Shown here: positions 27,081 through 35,851 of the stretch, in pieces | Numbering within the stretch: position 1 is the stretch's first letter | Layout of the letters: each line of letters starts with the position of its first letter | Assembly: GCA_050181375.1 (NCBI GenBank) | Contig: JBFXDF010000001.1 | Coordinates: forward strand, 1 to 48,013 | Direction: 5' to 3' | Source: Alphaproteobacteria bacterium | GTDB lineage: Bacteria > Pseudomonadota > Alphaproteobacteria > ATCC43930 > CGMCC-115725 | Length of the DNA stretch: 48,013 bases | Made by a program: the position numbers and the translations under genes | The notes under the pieces: model-generated | What the model saw: the letters and a program-made list of their open reading frames with translations, nothing else | Database searches by the model: none | Told to the model about the DNA's origin: nothing

Positions 27081-27116
27081 GGGACGACCGAGGCTACTCA
27101 ATAGGGGGGTTCGAAG

Positions 27117-27530
27117 ATGGATGGATCATGGACGCTGGAGTCCTTCGACGGAGTCGGCACGCTTGATCGCGTCGAACCGACATGCGCCGAACCGACTTGG
27201 ACGGCGGCGCGGATCGAGCTTCTGAAACTGCTCTGGGATGAAGGAATCACGACGGCGGAAATCGGCCGCCGGATCGGCGTCACCAAGAACGCCGTTGTCG
27301 GCAAGGTCCACCGGATCGGACTGGTGCCGCGGATCGTAAAGGAAGCGCCGCCGCCGCGCCGCAACGTCTTCGATTTCACCGGCCCGGCCTGCATGTGGCC
27401 GATCGGCCATCCGACCGATGACGATTTCCACTTCTGCGGCGATCGGCCGGCGGCCGGCAAGCCCTACTGCGAACACCATGCCGCCAAGGCCTATATCCGC
27501 GTAAAGGAGCATAGGGCCGAGGCGGCGTAA
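27117..27530 (+). CDS. gcrA: GcrA-family cell-cycle regulator, compact form
   Basis: WTAARIELLKLLWDEGITTAEIGRRIGVTKNAVVGKVHRIGL (N-terminal DNA-binding domain) and CMWPIGHPTDDDFHFCGDRPAAGKPYCEHHAAKAY (C-terminal domain). Carries a 27-aa N-terminal extension, with no alternative in-frame start. Confidence 0.8.
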   Translation: MDGSWTLESFDGVGTLDRVEPTCAEPTWTAARIELLKLLWDEGITTAEIGRRIGVTKNAVVGKVHRIGLVPRIVKEAPPPRRNVFDFTGPACMWPIGHPTDDDFHFCGDRPAAGKPYCEHHAAKAYIRVKEHRAEAA

Positions 27531-27562
27531 ACGGAGGCTGCCGACACAGCCGAGAAATACCC

Positions 27563-27587
27563 GGTGGCCGGACTGGATCCGGCCACC
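27563..27587 (+). terminator. GC-rich hairpin downstream of gcrA-like gene
   Basis: GGTGGCCGG-actggat-CCGGCCACC, 33 nt after the stop. Weak U-tract. Confidence 0.45.
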
Positions 27588-27793
27588 TGCGCCTTATCAA
27601 CCTTGGTCGTCGCCGCTACTACGACGTGGACGCCCACGGATAAATGTCCGTGGGCTGAAGGCCCACGGGTCAAGCCTGGCCGAGGGCATCTTTAGGATCG
27701 GGAAACCGCAAGCAAACCGCATTGTGAGCTGCACCGAAAGCGGCGCGCCAATCCCGGCATCTCCGGAAAGGTCGGCGAGTCTGGAGATCGCCA

Positions 27794-28978
27794 TCAACGC
27801 GTCAGCTCGCGCATTGCGCGGTCGATGCCATCGAGCGTCAGCGGGAACATGCGGCCTTCCATCAGCGCGCGGACCATTCCGATGCTGATTGTGCCGTCCC
27901 AATATTTCTCGGGCACCGGGTTGAGCCATACGGCCTTCGCGTAGTGGTCCAGCAGGCGCTGCATCCATATCCGACCGGGCTCGTCATTCCAACGCTCGAC
28001 GCTGCCGCCCTCCTTGTCGATCTCGTAGGGGCTCATGCTGGCGTCGCCGACCAGCACAACCTTGTGACCGGGATCGTAGGTGCGCAGGATCTCCATAACG
28101 GGCGTCAGCTCGGCATGGCGGCGACGCGAATCCTTCCACACCGTGTCGTAGAGGCAGTTATGGAAATAGAAATGCACGAGGTGTTTGAACTCGCCGCGCG
28201 CCGCCGAGAACAGCTCCTCGCAGATGCGAATATGGTCGTCCATCGACCCGCCGACATCAAGAAACAATAACAGCTTCACGGCGTTGTGCCGCTCCGGCAG
28301 CATTTTCAGATCGAGCCAACCTGCATTGTGCGCGGTCGACCTTATCGTGCCGGGGAGATCGAGCTCGAGTTCGGCGCCTTGGCGGGCGAACTGCCGCAGC
28401 CGGCGCAGCGCCAGCTTGATGTTGCGGGTGCCGAGTTCGAGCGTGTCGTCGAGATTGCGGAACTCGCGCCGGTCCCACACTTTGACAGCGGTGCGCTTGC
28501 CGCCCTTTTCGCCGTCTTGGCGGCCGATGCGCACGCCTTCGGGGTTGTAGCCGTAAGCGCCGAAAGGCGAGGTGCCGGCGGTGCCGATCCATTTGTTGCC
28601 GCCCTGGTGCCGGCCCTTTTGCTCGGCGAGCCGCTGGCGCAGCGTCTCCATCAGTTTGTCCCAACCGCCGAGCGCTTCGACGAGTTTTTTCTCCTCCTCG
28701 GTCAGATGCCGTTCGGCCAGTTTTCTGAGCCATTCCTCGGGCAGTTCGGTTTGCGGGTCGGGCGGCGTTTCGATGCCCTTGAAGCAATGGCCGAACACGC
28801 GGTCAAAGCGATCGAGATGCCGCTCGTCCTTGACCAGCGCCGTGCGTGCCAGAAAATAGAATTCGTCGATATCGAACCGTGCTATCCCCTCGCGCATCGC
28901 CTCCATCAGCGTCAGGAACTCTCGGAGGGAGGCCGGCACCTTGGCGGCGCGCAATTCGAAAAAAAAGGAGATGAACAT
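27794..28978 (-). CDS. VWA domain-containing protein (CoxE-like partner of MoxR ATPases)
   Basis: 394 aa. MIDAS-like LLLFLDVGGSMDDH. N-terminus MFISFFFELRAAKVPASLREFLTL is typical of CoxE/VWA partners. Confidence 0.8.
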   Translation of the reverse strand: MFISFFFELRAAKVPASLREFLTLMEAMREGIARFDIDEFYFLARTALVKDERHLDRFDRVFGHCFKGIETPPDPQTELPEEWLRKLAERHLTEEEKKLVEALGGWDKLMETLRQRLAEQKGRHQGGNKWIGTAGTSPFGAYGYNPEGVRIGRQDGEKGGKRTAVKVWDRREFRNLDDTLELGTRNIKLALRRLRQFARQGAELELDLPGTIRSTAHNAGWLDLKMLPERHNAVKLLLFLDVGGSMDDHIRICEELFSAARGEFKHLVHFYFHNCLYDTVWKDSRRRHAELTPVMEILRTYDPGHKVVLVGDASMSPYEIDKEGGSVERWNDEPGRIWMQRLLDHYAKAVWLNPVPEKYWDGTISIGMVRALMEGRMFPLTLDGIDRAMRELTR

Positions 28979-28996
28979 CGGTGTCGCCTTAATGGG

Positions 28997-29311
28997 TCAT
29001 ATATCCGTACCGCTCAAGCCGGCAACCAATCCGCCGATTGGAGCTCCGATTAGGCTAACGAGGAATTGGAGCCCTGCAAGAAATGGGACCTCTCCAATAT
29101 CTGCATGGTGATGTACATGATGGTGCTCTATCCCGATCTCGATGCTTGAGCTGGATAAGGTGTTAGATACAAATTCTGAAAAATCGAGGAAGTCGCTGTA
29201 ACCCGAGCCAGTGTACATGAACCACCATGACAACGCGAATGTTAGGATCCCAGTAAATATCCCGACAATGGCGGATGGAACCGACGAACGAATCGTGGAG
29301 GCACAAATCAC
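28997..29311 (-). CDS. Hypothetical His-rich small membrane protein in an AT-rich insert (possibly the 3' remnant of a broken gene)
   Basis: GTG-start ORF on the operon strand. Two hydrophobic helices flank IEIGIEHHHVHHHADIGE. The reading frame stays open 27 hydrophobic codons further upstream without a start codon. Confidence 0.3.
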   Translation of the reverse strand: MICASTIRSSVPSAIVGIFTGILTFALSWWFMYTGSGYSDFLDFSEFVSNTLSSSSIEIGIEHHHVHHHADIGEVPFLAGLQFLVSLIGAPIGGLVAGLSGTDI

Positions 29312-29544
29312 GTTTGTTACGATAGCGCCAGCCGATCCAAAAAATCCAAAGAACCACCACCCAACGGCAAGATAAATAACATAGTAGAAGCGATCAAGAT
29401 GAAGTCAGTCCAGTCAACAGCAAGGTAACGAATGTAGGCGATTATCGCTGCCGATACAGACCCCAGGACCAGTCAAACCAGGGCGTACATTTGGTTACCT
29501 ATCGGAGTTCAAGCCCCGTAAAAATGAAGCGAGATGAGACAGGC

Positions 29545-30396
29545 TCAGCCCCGCTCGCGCCGGTTCAGGAAGGCCAGCCGTTCGAACAAATGAACGTCCT
29601 GCTCGTTTTTCAGCAGCGCGCCGTGCAAGGGCGGGATCAATTTTTTCGGGTCGCGCGTCCGCAGCAACTCCGGAGAAATGTCCTCGACCAGCAGGAGCTT
29701 GATCCAGTCGAGCAGCTCCGAGGTCGAGGGCTTTTTCTTGAGGCCCGGCACCTCCCGGATGTCGAAAAAGATCGTCAACGCCTCGTGCACCAGGTCTTCC
29801 TTCAGCCCCGGGAAATGCACGTCGATGATGCGCTGCATCGTCTCGCGATCGGGGAAGCGGATGTAGTGGAAAAAGCAGCGGCGCAGAAACGCGTCCGGCA
29901 GTTCCTTTTCGTTGTTCGAGGTGATCATCACGATCGGGCGCTGTTTTGCAACAATGGTCCGGCGCAGCTCGTAGACGTAAAACTCCATCCGGTCTAATTC
30001 GAGCAGCAGGTCGTTCGGGAATTCGATGTCGGCCTTGTCGACTTCGTCGATCAACAGCACTGGCGCCGCCTCGGCCTCGAATGCCTCCCACAACTTGCCG
30101 GGCTTGATGTAGTTGGCGATGTCGTGCACCCGGTCGTCGCCGAGCTGGCCGTCGCGCAGGCGCGACACCGCGTCGTATTCATAAAGACCCTGCAGCGCCT
30201 TGGTCGTCGATTTGATGTGCCAGGTGATCAGCTCCTTGCCGAGCGCCTTGGCGACCTCGTGCGCCAGGATGGTTTTTCCGGTCCCGGGCTCGCCCTTGAC
30301 CAGCAACGGCCGCTCGAGCGCGATCGCGGCATTGACGGCGATCTGCAGATCCTGCGTCGCCACATAGGAATCGGTGCCTTCGAACCGCGATTGCAT
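29545..30396 (-). CDS. MoxR-family AAA+ ATPase (CbbQ/NorQ-like)
   Basis: Walker A LVKGEPGTGKT and Walker B VLLIDEVDKA, plus ITSNNEKELPDAFLRRC. Confidence 0.9.
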   Translation of the reverse strand: MQSRFEGTDSYVATQDLQIAVNAAIALERPLLVKGEPGTGKTILAHEVAKALGKELITWHIKSTTKALQGLYEYDAVSRLRDGQLGDDRVHDIANYIKPGKLWEAFEAEAAPVLLIDEVDKADIEFPNDLLLELDRMEFYVYELRRTIVAKQRPIVMITSNNEKELPDAFLRRCFFHYIRFPDRETMQRIIDVHFPGLKEDLVHEALTIFFDIREVPGLKKKPSTSELLDWIKLLLVEDISPELLRTRDPKKLIPPLHGALLKNEQDVHLFERLAFLNRRERG

Positions 30397-30432
30397 GCCG
30401 GTGCTTTCCGTTTGGCGGTTGATCCAGGAGTT

Positions 30433-30503
30433 CTGTCATCGCAAGCAAGGCGAAGCAATCTCAAGATCGCTTCGCTTTGCCCGATGGGCCTCCGCAATGA
30501 CAG
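30433..30503. repeat. REP-like nested palindrome (CTGTCAT...GCGAAGC-loop-GCTTCGC...ATGACAG)
   Basis: Outer arms at 30433-30439/30497-30503 and inner arms at 30450-30456/30469-30475. Shares CGAAGCAATCT with the element at 3143-3190. Confidence 0.6.
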
Positions 30504-30520
30504 TCTTGGTTAGGCCGCTG

Positions 30521-30907
30521 CTAATCCGCCGCTGCGAACCACAGCGGGCAGTTATAGTCGATCGTGATCTCGCGTCCCGCCGCGATCGGCGTCAAGGCCA
30601 GCAGATCGAGTGTCTCGCGTGTGCGATTGCGCCGCACCCGGGCGCTGGGTCGCCGAGAATGGTTGCAGAGCGATACAAGGCCAAGCGCGACCGCGATACG
30701 GGCCTCTCCTGCGGCGACGTCATCCCACACGAAATAATAATCATGCAGGATCGTCGCATCGAGCAGCTTGCGCTGGTCCGCCGACACGATGACGACCGGC
30801 GCCGCTTCGATCAAAAGCCCAGCGTGGATATCGGTGCGCGCGTACACACCGCGACCCTTCCACGCATCGTGGCGGATTTCGAGGCGGTCGTTCGATGGCG
30901 GCCGCAA
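30521..30907 (-). CDS. SET domain-containing protein (putative protein-lysine methyltransferase)
   Basis: 128 aa, with WKGRGVYARTDIHAGLLI, LCNHSRRPSA (NHS motif) and GREITIDYN. Confidence 0.8.
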   Translation of the reverse strand: MRPPSNDRLEIRHDAWKGRGVYARTDIHAGLLIEAAPVVIVSADQRKLLDATILHDYYFVWDDVAAGEARIAVALGLVSLCNHSRRPSARVRRNRTRETLDLLALTPIAAGREITIDYNCPLWFAAAD

Positions 30908-30956
30908 TCTGCCGCAGCCGTTTTAGAAGAAGCCGAAAAGCCGGCGGCTCGGAGCG

Positions 30957-31220
30957 TCAGACGCGCTGGTCGCGACCGTTGCCAAAAGCGCTCGATGTCC
31001 CGGCGGCGGCGGCCGAGGTCGCCGTTGTCGCGGCCGGGGGCGGCACCTGCTGGTGCGCCGGCTGCTCCACCGCTTCCTCTCCTTCTTCCTTCATGCCGGC
31101 TTTGAAGGCCTTGATCCCTTTCGCGAAATCGCCCATGACCCGGGGCAGTTTGCCGGCACCGAACAGAACCAGGATGATGGCCAGAACGATCAGCCAGTGC
31201 ATCAAACTCATCGAACCCAT
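30957..31220 (-). CDS. tatA: Twin-arginine translocase subunit TatA/E
   Basis: Internal [43 protein letters not shown]. The upstream part of track ORF 30957..31919 is shadow. Confidence 0.85.
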   Translation of the reverse strand: MGSMSLMHWLIVLAIILVLFGAGKLPRVMGDFAKGIKAFKAGMKEEGEEAVEQPAHQQVPPPAATTATSAAAAGTSSAFGNGRDQRV

Positions 31221-31325
31221 GTGGAAACCCCGGAAGCTCAAAAGGTTAAGCGGCCGCGACTTTAACACGCACCGTCCCGAATTGCGCGGGGGATCGCATT
31301 CGGCCCCGCGCCCTCTTCGGAAATC

Positions 31326-32483
31326 GTGAACGATTCGCAAAAAATCAACCTTACACCTTACACACCCGGACCCCGCAGAATGACCTATTTCCCGCCGCTG
31401 CATCCCGAATGGCAGCGCCGCAAACCCGACGACGCCGGTCTCGATCCGGCCGGCATCTCCGCCGCAGCGCGATACGCGACCGCGCACGAGACGCCTTGGA
31501 GCCGCGATCTGGCGCGGATGATCGCGAGCGATTTCGGCGAGGTGCCGCCGTGGAACGAGACGCTGGGACCGGTGCGTCCGCGCGGCGCGCCGAACGGGCT
31601 GCTGCTGCGGGGCGGCCGCATCGCCGCCGAATGGGGCGATACCGGGCAGGTCGATCTGACCTTCAGCGTCGCGAAGAGCTATCTGTCGATCCTGGCCGGG
31701 CTGGCGTGGGACCGCGGCCTCATTCGCGATCCCGATGAGCCGGTGTGCCGCACGGTTGACGACGGCGGGTTCGAGGCGCCGCACAACGACAAAATCACCT
31801 GGCATCATTTGTTGCAGCAGACCTCCGAATGGGAGGGCGAGCTGTGGGGCAAGTCGGACCTGATCGACCGCCACCGCAGCGTCGGCGGACGGCCCGCCGC
31901 CGGCAAAAAGGGCACGCACCGCGACCTCCAGCCGCCGGGCACCTTCTGGGAATACAACGACGTGCGCGTCAACCGACTGGCGCTGGCGTTGCTGCGGGTC
32001 TGGCGCCGACCGCTACCGGAGGTGTTTCGCGAGCTGGTGATGGACCCGATCGGCGCCTCGCCGACATGGGAATGGCATGGCTACCGCAATTCTAATGTCG
32101 AAATCGACGGAAGGCGCGTGCAGTCGGTTTCGGGCGGCTCGCATTGGGGCGGCGGGGTGTTCATCCACGCGCGGGATCAGGCGCGGATCGGCCTGATGCT
32201 GCTACGCGGCGGCATCTGGAACGGGCGGCCTATCCTCTCCGAGGAATGGATTTCCCGGATGCGCGTCCCCTGCCCGCTTTACCCGCAATACGGCTATCTG
32301 TGGTGGCTCAACACCGGCCGGACGATGTTCCCGAGCGCATCGGAAGCGAGTTATTTCGCATCGGGCGCCGGGGGCAACCTGACCTGGATCGACCCCGACA
32401 ACGACCTCGTCGGCATCCTGCGCTGGATCGACCCGGCGGCGCGCGACGGGTTCATGCGGCTGGTTATGGACGCCGCGGGCTGA
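31326..32483 (+). CDS. Serine hydrolase, beta-lactamase/transpeptidase-like family
   Basis: SxxK motif in [16 protein letters not shown]. Start uncertain (GTG 31326 or ATG 31380). Confidence 0.7.
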   Translation: MNDSQKINLTPYTPGPRRMTYFPPLHPEWQRRKPDDAGLDPAGISAAARYATAHETPWSRDLARMIASDFGEVPPWNETLGPVRPRGAPNGLLLRGGRIAAEWGDTGQVDLTFSVAKSYLSILAGLAWDRGLIRDPDEPVCRTVDDGGFEAPHNDKITWHHLLQQTSEWEGELWGKSDLIDRHRSVGGRPAAGKKGTHRDLQPPGTFWEYNDVRVNRLALALLRVWRRPLPEVFRELVMDPIGASPTWEWHGYRNSNVEIDGRRVQSVSGGSHWGGGVFIHARDQARIGLMLLRGGIWNGRPILSEEWISRMRVPCPLYPQYGYLWWLNTGRTMFPSASEASYFASGAGGNLTWIDPDNDLVGILRWIDPAARDGFMRLVMDAAG

Positions 32484-32560
32484 CCGGGCGCGCAAGACCG
32501 TTGCGGTGACGGCGATTTGCGGCTACCCGGTTTCCGTCGGGCACTTTTTGAGGGGCCGGA

Positions 32561-33307
32561 TTGCGGATGGCAGCGGGCACTCTCGTACAAGGCGCTCTCT
32601 TCACGGTGATGGTCGTACGCGCCGGTATGCTGCGCGATGCCGAATTCGGTCGCGAACTCGCCGCGCAGGTCGAGCGCAGCCCGCGATTTTTTCAAAACGC
32701 GCCGGTCGTCCTCGATCTGAGGGGCGCCGACGGGTTTACCGAGGCCGCCGACTTCGCCGAGGCCCGCGATCTTCTGCGCGAGCGCACGCTGGCGTTGGTC
32801 GGCGTGCAGAACGCCGAGCCGGCGCAACTCGCGGCCGCCGCCGCCGCCGGGCTCGCGAGCTTCGCGCCGAGCGCGACAACCCCGATTCGCCGCTCGACCC
32901 GGACTTCGACCGATTCGCCGGCACCGGCCGATGAAACGGTGCCCGCCTCGTCGCCGGCGCGCGCCCGGTCGCCGGTGCACACAGCCACGAGGATCGTGAG
33001 CGAGCCGGTCCGCTCCGGAACCCAGATCTACGCCCGCGGCGGCGATCTGATCGTGACAGCCCCGGTCAGCGCCGGCGCCGAGTTGATGGCCGACGGAAAC
33101 ATACACGTCTATGGCCGGCTGCGCGGCCGGGCCCTCGCCGGCGCCGCCGGCGACACGGCGGCGCGGATCTTCTGCGCCCGGCTCGAAGCCGAGCTCGTCA
33201 GCATAGCGGGACGCTATCTCGTCAGCGAACAGTTGCCGCCGGAACATCAGGGCGGCGCTGTGCAGATCGGGCTGGTTGACGACGTGCTGACAATCACCCG
33301 AATCTAG
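32561..33307 (+). CDS. minC: Septum site-determining protein MinC
   Basis: C-terminal beta-helix IVSEPVRSGTQIYARGGDLIVTAPVSAGAELMADGNIHVYGRLRGRALAG. TTG start, with an ATG two codons later. Confidence 0.85.
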   Translation: MRMAAGTLVQGALFTVMVVRAGMLRDAEFGRELAAQVERSPRFFQNAPVVLDLRGADGFTEAADFAEARDLLRERTLALVGVQNAEPAQLAAAAAAGLASFAPSATTPIRRSTRTSTDSPAPADETVPASSPARARSPVHTATRIVSEPVRSGTQIYARGGDLIVTAPVSAGAELMADGNIHVYGRLRGRALAGAAGDTAARIFCARLEAELVSIAGRYLVSEQLPPEHQGGAVQIGLVDDVLTITRI

Positions 33308-33432
33308 GCAACGCGTCAGACCGGAATCGTGAATTATACATAATCGTAGTTGCAAGCTGCTCCGATTGCACCGGAAAATAGAGGGCCAGCGCCGGCCGGT
33401 CCCGGGGCGAGAGCTTGGGCAGGAGAGGGACC

Positions 33433-34245
33433 TTGGCGAAAGTCGTGGTAATTACATCGGGCAAGGGCGGGGTCGGCAAAACCACGAGCGCCGCCGCCTT
33501 CGCCGCGGGACTGGCGCTGCGCGGGCACCGCACCGTGGTGATCGACTTCGACGTCGGCCTGCGGAATCTAGACCTGATCATGGGCTGCGAGCGGCGCGTC
33601 GTCTTCGACTTCATCAACGTCATAAACGGCGACGCCAACCTCAACCAGGCGCTGATCAAGGACAAACGCAACGACAATCTCTACATCTTTCCGACCTCGC
33701 AGACGCGCGACAAGGACGCGCTGAAGCGCCCGGGCGTCGAGCGCGTCCTCGAAGAGTTGAAGCAGCAGTTCGACTATATCGTCTGCGACAGTCCGGCTGG
33801 CATCGAGCACGGCGCGATCACCGCGCTTTATTTCGCCGACACGGCGATCATCGTCACCAACCCCGAAGTTTCCTCGGTGCGCGACAGCGACCGCATCATC
33901 GGCATTCTGGCCTCGCGCTCGCGTCGCGCCGAGCGCAACGAGGCGCCGGTCGAGGTCAATCTGCTGCTGACCCGCTACGATTCGGGGCGCGTCTCGCGCG
34001 GCGAGATGATGACGGTCGAGGACGTACAGGAAATCCTGTCGATCCCGCTGCTCGGCGTCATACCCGAATCGGAATCGGTGCTGCGCGCCTCGAATACCGG
34101 CACCCCGGTGACGTTCGACGCGGAAAGCCCGGCGGGGCGGGCCTATCTCGACGCTGTCGCGCGTTTCCTTGGCGAGCAGCGCGAAATGCGCTTTGTCAAA
34201 CCTGAGCGCCGCAGTTTCTTCCGACTGTTGTTCGGCAGAGCCTGA
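33433..34245 (+). CDS. minD: Septum site-determining ATPase MinD
   Basis: TTG start after AGGAGAGGGA. (L)AKVVVITSGKGGVGKTT, the deviant Walker A. Confidence 0.93.
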   Translation: MAKVVVITSGKGGVGKTTSAAAFAAGLALRGHRTVVIDFDVGLRNLDLIMGCERRVVFDFINVINGDANLNQALIKDKRNDNLYIFPTSQTRDKDALKRPGVERVLEELKQQFDYIVCDSPAGIEHGAITALYFADTAIIVTNPEVSSVRDSDRIIGILASRSRRAERNEAPVEVNLLLTRYDSGRVSRGEMMTVEDVQEILSIPLLGVIPESESVLRASNTGTPVTFDAESPAGRAYLDAVARFLGEQREMRFVKPERRSFFRLLFGRA

Positions 34246-34568
34246 TGAACCTGTTCAAGAACCTGTTCTCGCCGCACCGGAACACCGCCTCGGTCGCAAA
34301 GGAGCGGCTCAAGATCGTCCTCGCGCACGAACGCGCCGGCCGCGACGCGCCGGACTTTCTGCCGAAGCTGCAGAAGGAGCTGATCGATGTCGTCGCCCGC
34401 TATGTCGAGATCCGCGACGACATGATCCGCGTCAATTTGGGAAAAAACCTCGGCAAGGCCGGCGACACCTCGCTGCTCGAAATCAATATCGAGATCGACG
34501 GCGCGACGCGGCGCGCGGTGCCCGGGATCGCCGGGAGACCCTCGCTCGGCGGCGCCGCCAAAGCCTGA
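34245..34568 (+). CDS. minE: Cell division topological specificity factor MinE
   Basis: ATGA overlap with minD. MNLFKNLFSPHRNTASVAKERLKIVLAHER. Confidence 0.9.
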   Translation: MNLFKNLFSPHRNTASVAKERLKIVLAHERAGRDAPDFLPKLQKELIDVVARYVEIRDDMIRVNLGKNLGKAGDTSLLEINIEIDGATRRAVPGIAGRPSLGGAAKA

Positions 34569-34578
34569 GAACGCCGCT

Positions 34579-35769
34579 TTATCCGGCAGCCGTCGCGTTG
34601 GCGATATAATCCTCGCTCTGCATCTCGTGCAGCCGCGACACGGTGCGCCGGAATTCCCAGGAGCCGTCGCCTTCGGTGTAAATCTCCTCCGGCGGCACCG
34701 CCGCCGAGGCGATCAGCAACGTGCGCGCCTCGTACAGCGTGTCGATCAGGATGTGAAAGCGCTGCGCCTCGTTGCGCCGGCGCGGATCGAGGCGCGGGAT
34801 CTCCTCGACGATAACCGCCGCATAGCGCTCGGCAATTGCCAGAAAATCGGCGGCGGATAGCGGCCTTGCGCATAGTTCGTCAAAAGTGAACCACGCGACG
34901 TTGCCGGCGACGCGCGGCACGACAAGCTCCCGCCCCAGCACGGTCAGCCTCTCGCGCCCAAGCGGCGCGTCGTCGGTCAGCTCGGCGAAATGCGCCGCCA
35001 GCGCGCGCTCAGCCGCGGCGTCGAGCGGCATGTGATAAACCGGTTTCCCCATCAGCCGCGACAGCCGGTAATCGCGGCCGCTGTCCAGCTCCAGCCGGTC
35101 CAGCCGCTCCTTGAGCAGATCGATAAACGGCAGAAAGCGGTCGCGCTGCAATCCGTGCTCGTAAAGGCGGTCGGGCGGTCGGTTCGAGGTTGCGACGACG
35201 ACCGTGCCGGCCTCGAACAACGCGCGGAACAACCGTTCGAGGATCATCGCGTCGGCGATGTCGTTGACCTGAAACTCGTCGAAGCACAAGAGCGCCGCCT
35301 CGGCCGCGAGATCGGCGGCGACCCTCGCGACCGGCTCGCGAGAGCGCGCGCGACGCTCGCGCTCGATGCGGGCATGCACATCGAGCATGAAGGCGTGGAA
35401 ATGCACTCGGCGCTTGTTGGCGACCGGCGCCGACGCGAAAAACAGATCCATCAGCATCGATTTGCCGCGGCCGACCGGACCCCATAAATAGATGCCGCGC
35501 GGCGGCTCGGGCGCCTCGCTATCGCCGAGAACGAGACGCGCCAGAAATCCGCGGCGGGTCGGCCCGGCTGGCCGGTACGCGAGCAGCGCGTCGTGGAGAA
35601 CTTGCAGGCGGGCGACCGCGCGAACCTGCGCCGGGTCGGGGCGGATCGCGCCCTCTCCGGTGCGCGCACGGTAGAGCGCCACCGGGCCGGCGTCTTCGAT
35701 AGAGGCCGCTTCCGTTAGACGCAACGTGGAGAGATCGTCAGGCATCCGGCACAGAAGCGGTCGAAACAA
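34579..35769 (-). CDS. zapE: Cell division protein ZapE (AFG1-like ATPase)
   Basis: Walker A GIYLWGPVGRGKSMLMD and Walker B LLCFDEFQVNDIADA. Confidence 0.9.
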   Translation of the reverse strand: MFRPLLCRMPDDLSTLRLTEAASIEDAGPVALYRARTGEGAIRPDPAQVRAVARLQVLHDALLAYRPAGPTRRGFLARLVLGDSEAPEPPRGIYLWGPVGRGKSMLMDLFFASAPVANKRRVHFHAFMLDVHARIERERRARSREPVARVAADLAAEAALLCFDEFQVNDIADAMILERLFRALFEAGTVVVATSNRPPDRLYEHGLQRDRFLPFIDLLKERLDRLELDSGRDYRLSRLMGKPVYHMPLDAAAERALAAHFAELTDDAPLGRERLTVLGRELVVPRVAGNVAWFTFDELCARPLSAADFLAIAERYAAVIVEEIPRLDPRRRNEAQRFHILIDTLYEARTLLIASAAVPPEEIYTEGDGSWEFRRTVSRLHEMQSEDYIANATAAG

Positions 35770-35851
35770 AAGTGCGGCCCATGCCGCTATCCGACGTGCG
35801 CCGCCCCTCCGATCTACTCAGCCAGGCCGTGAAACGCAATACCGCCGCGGA

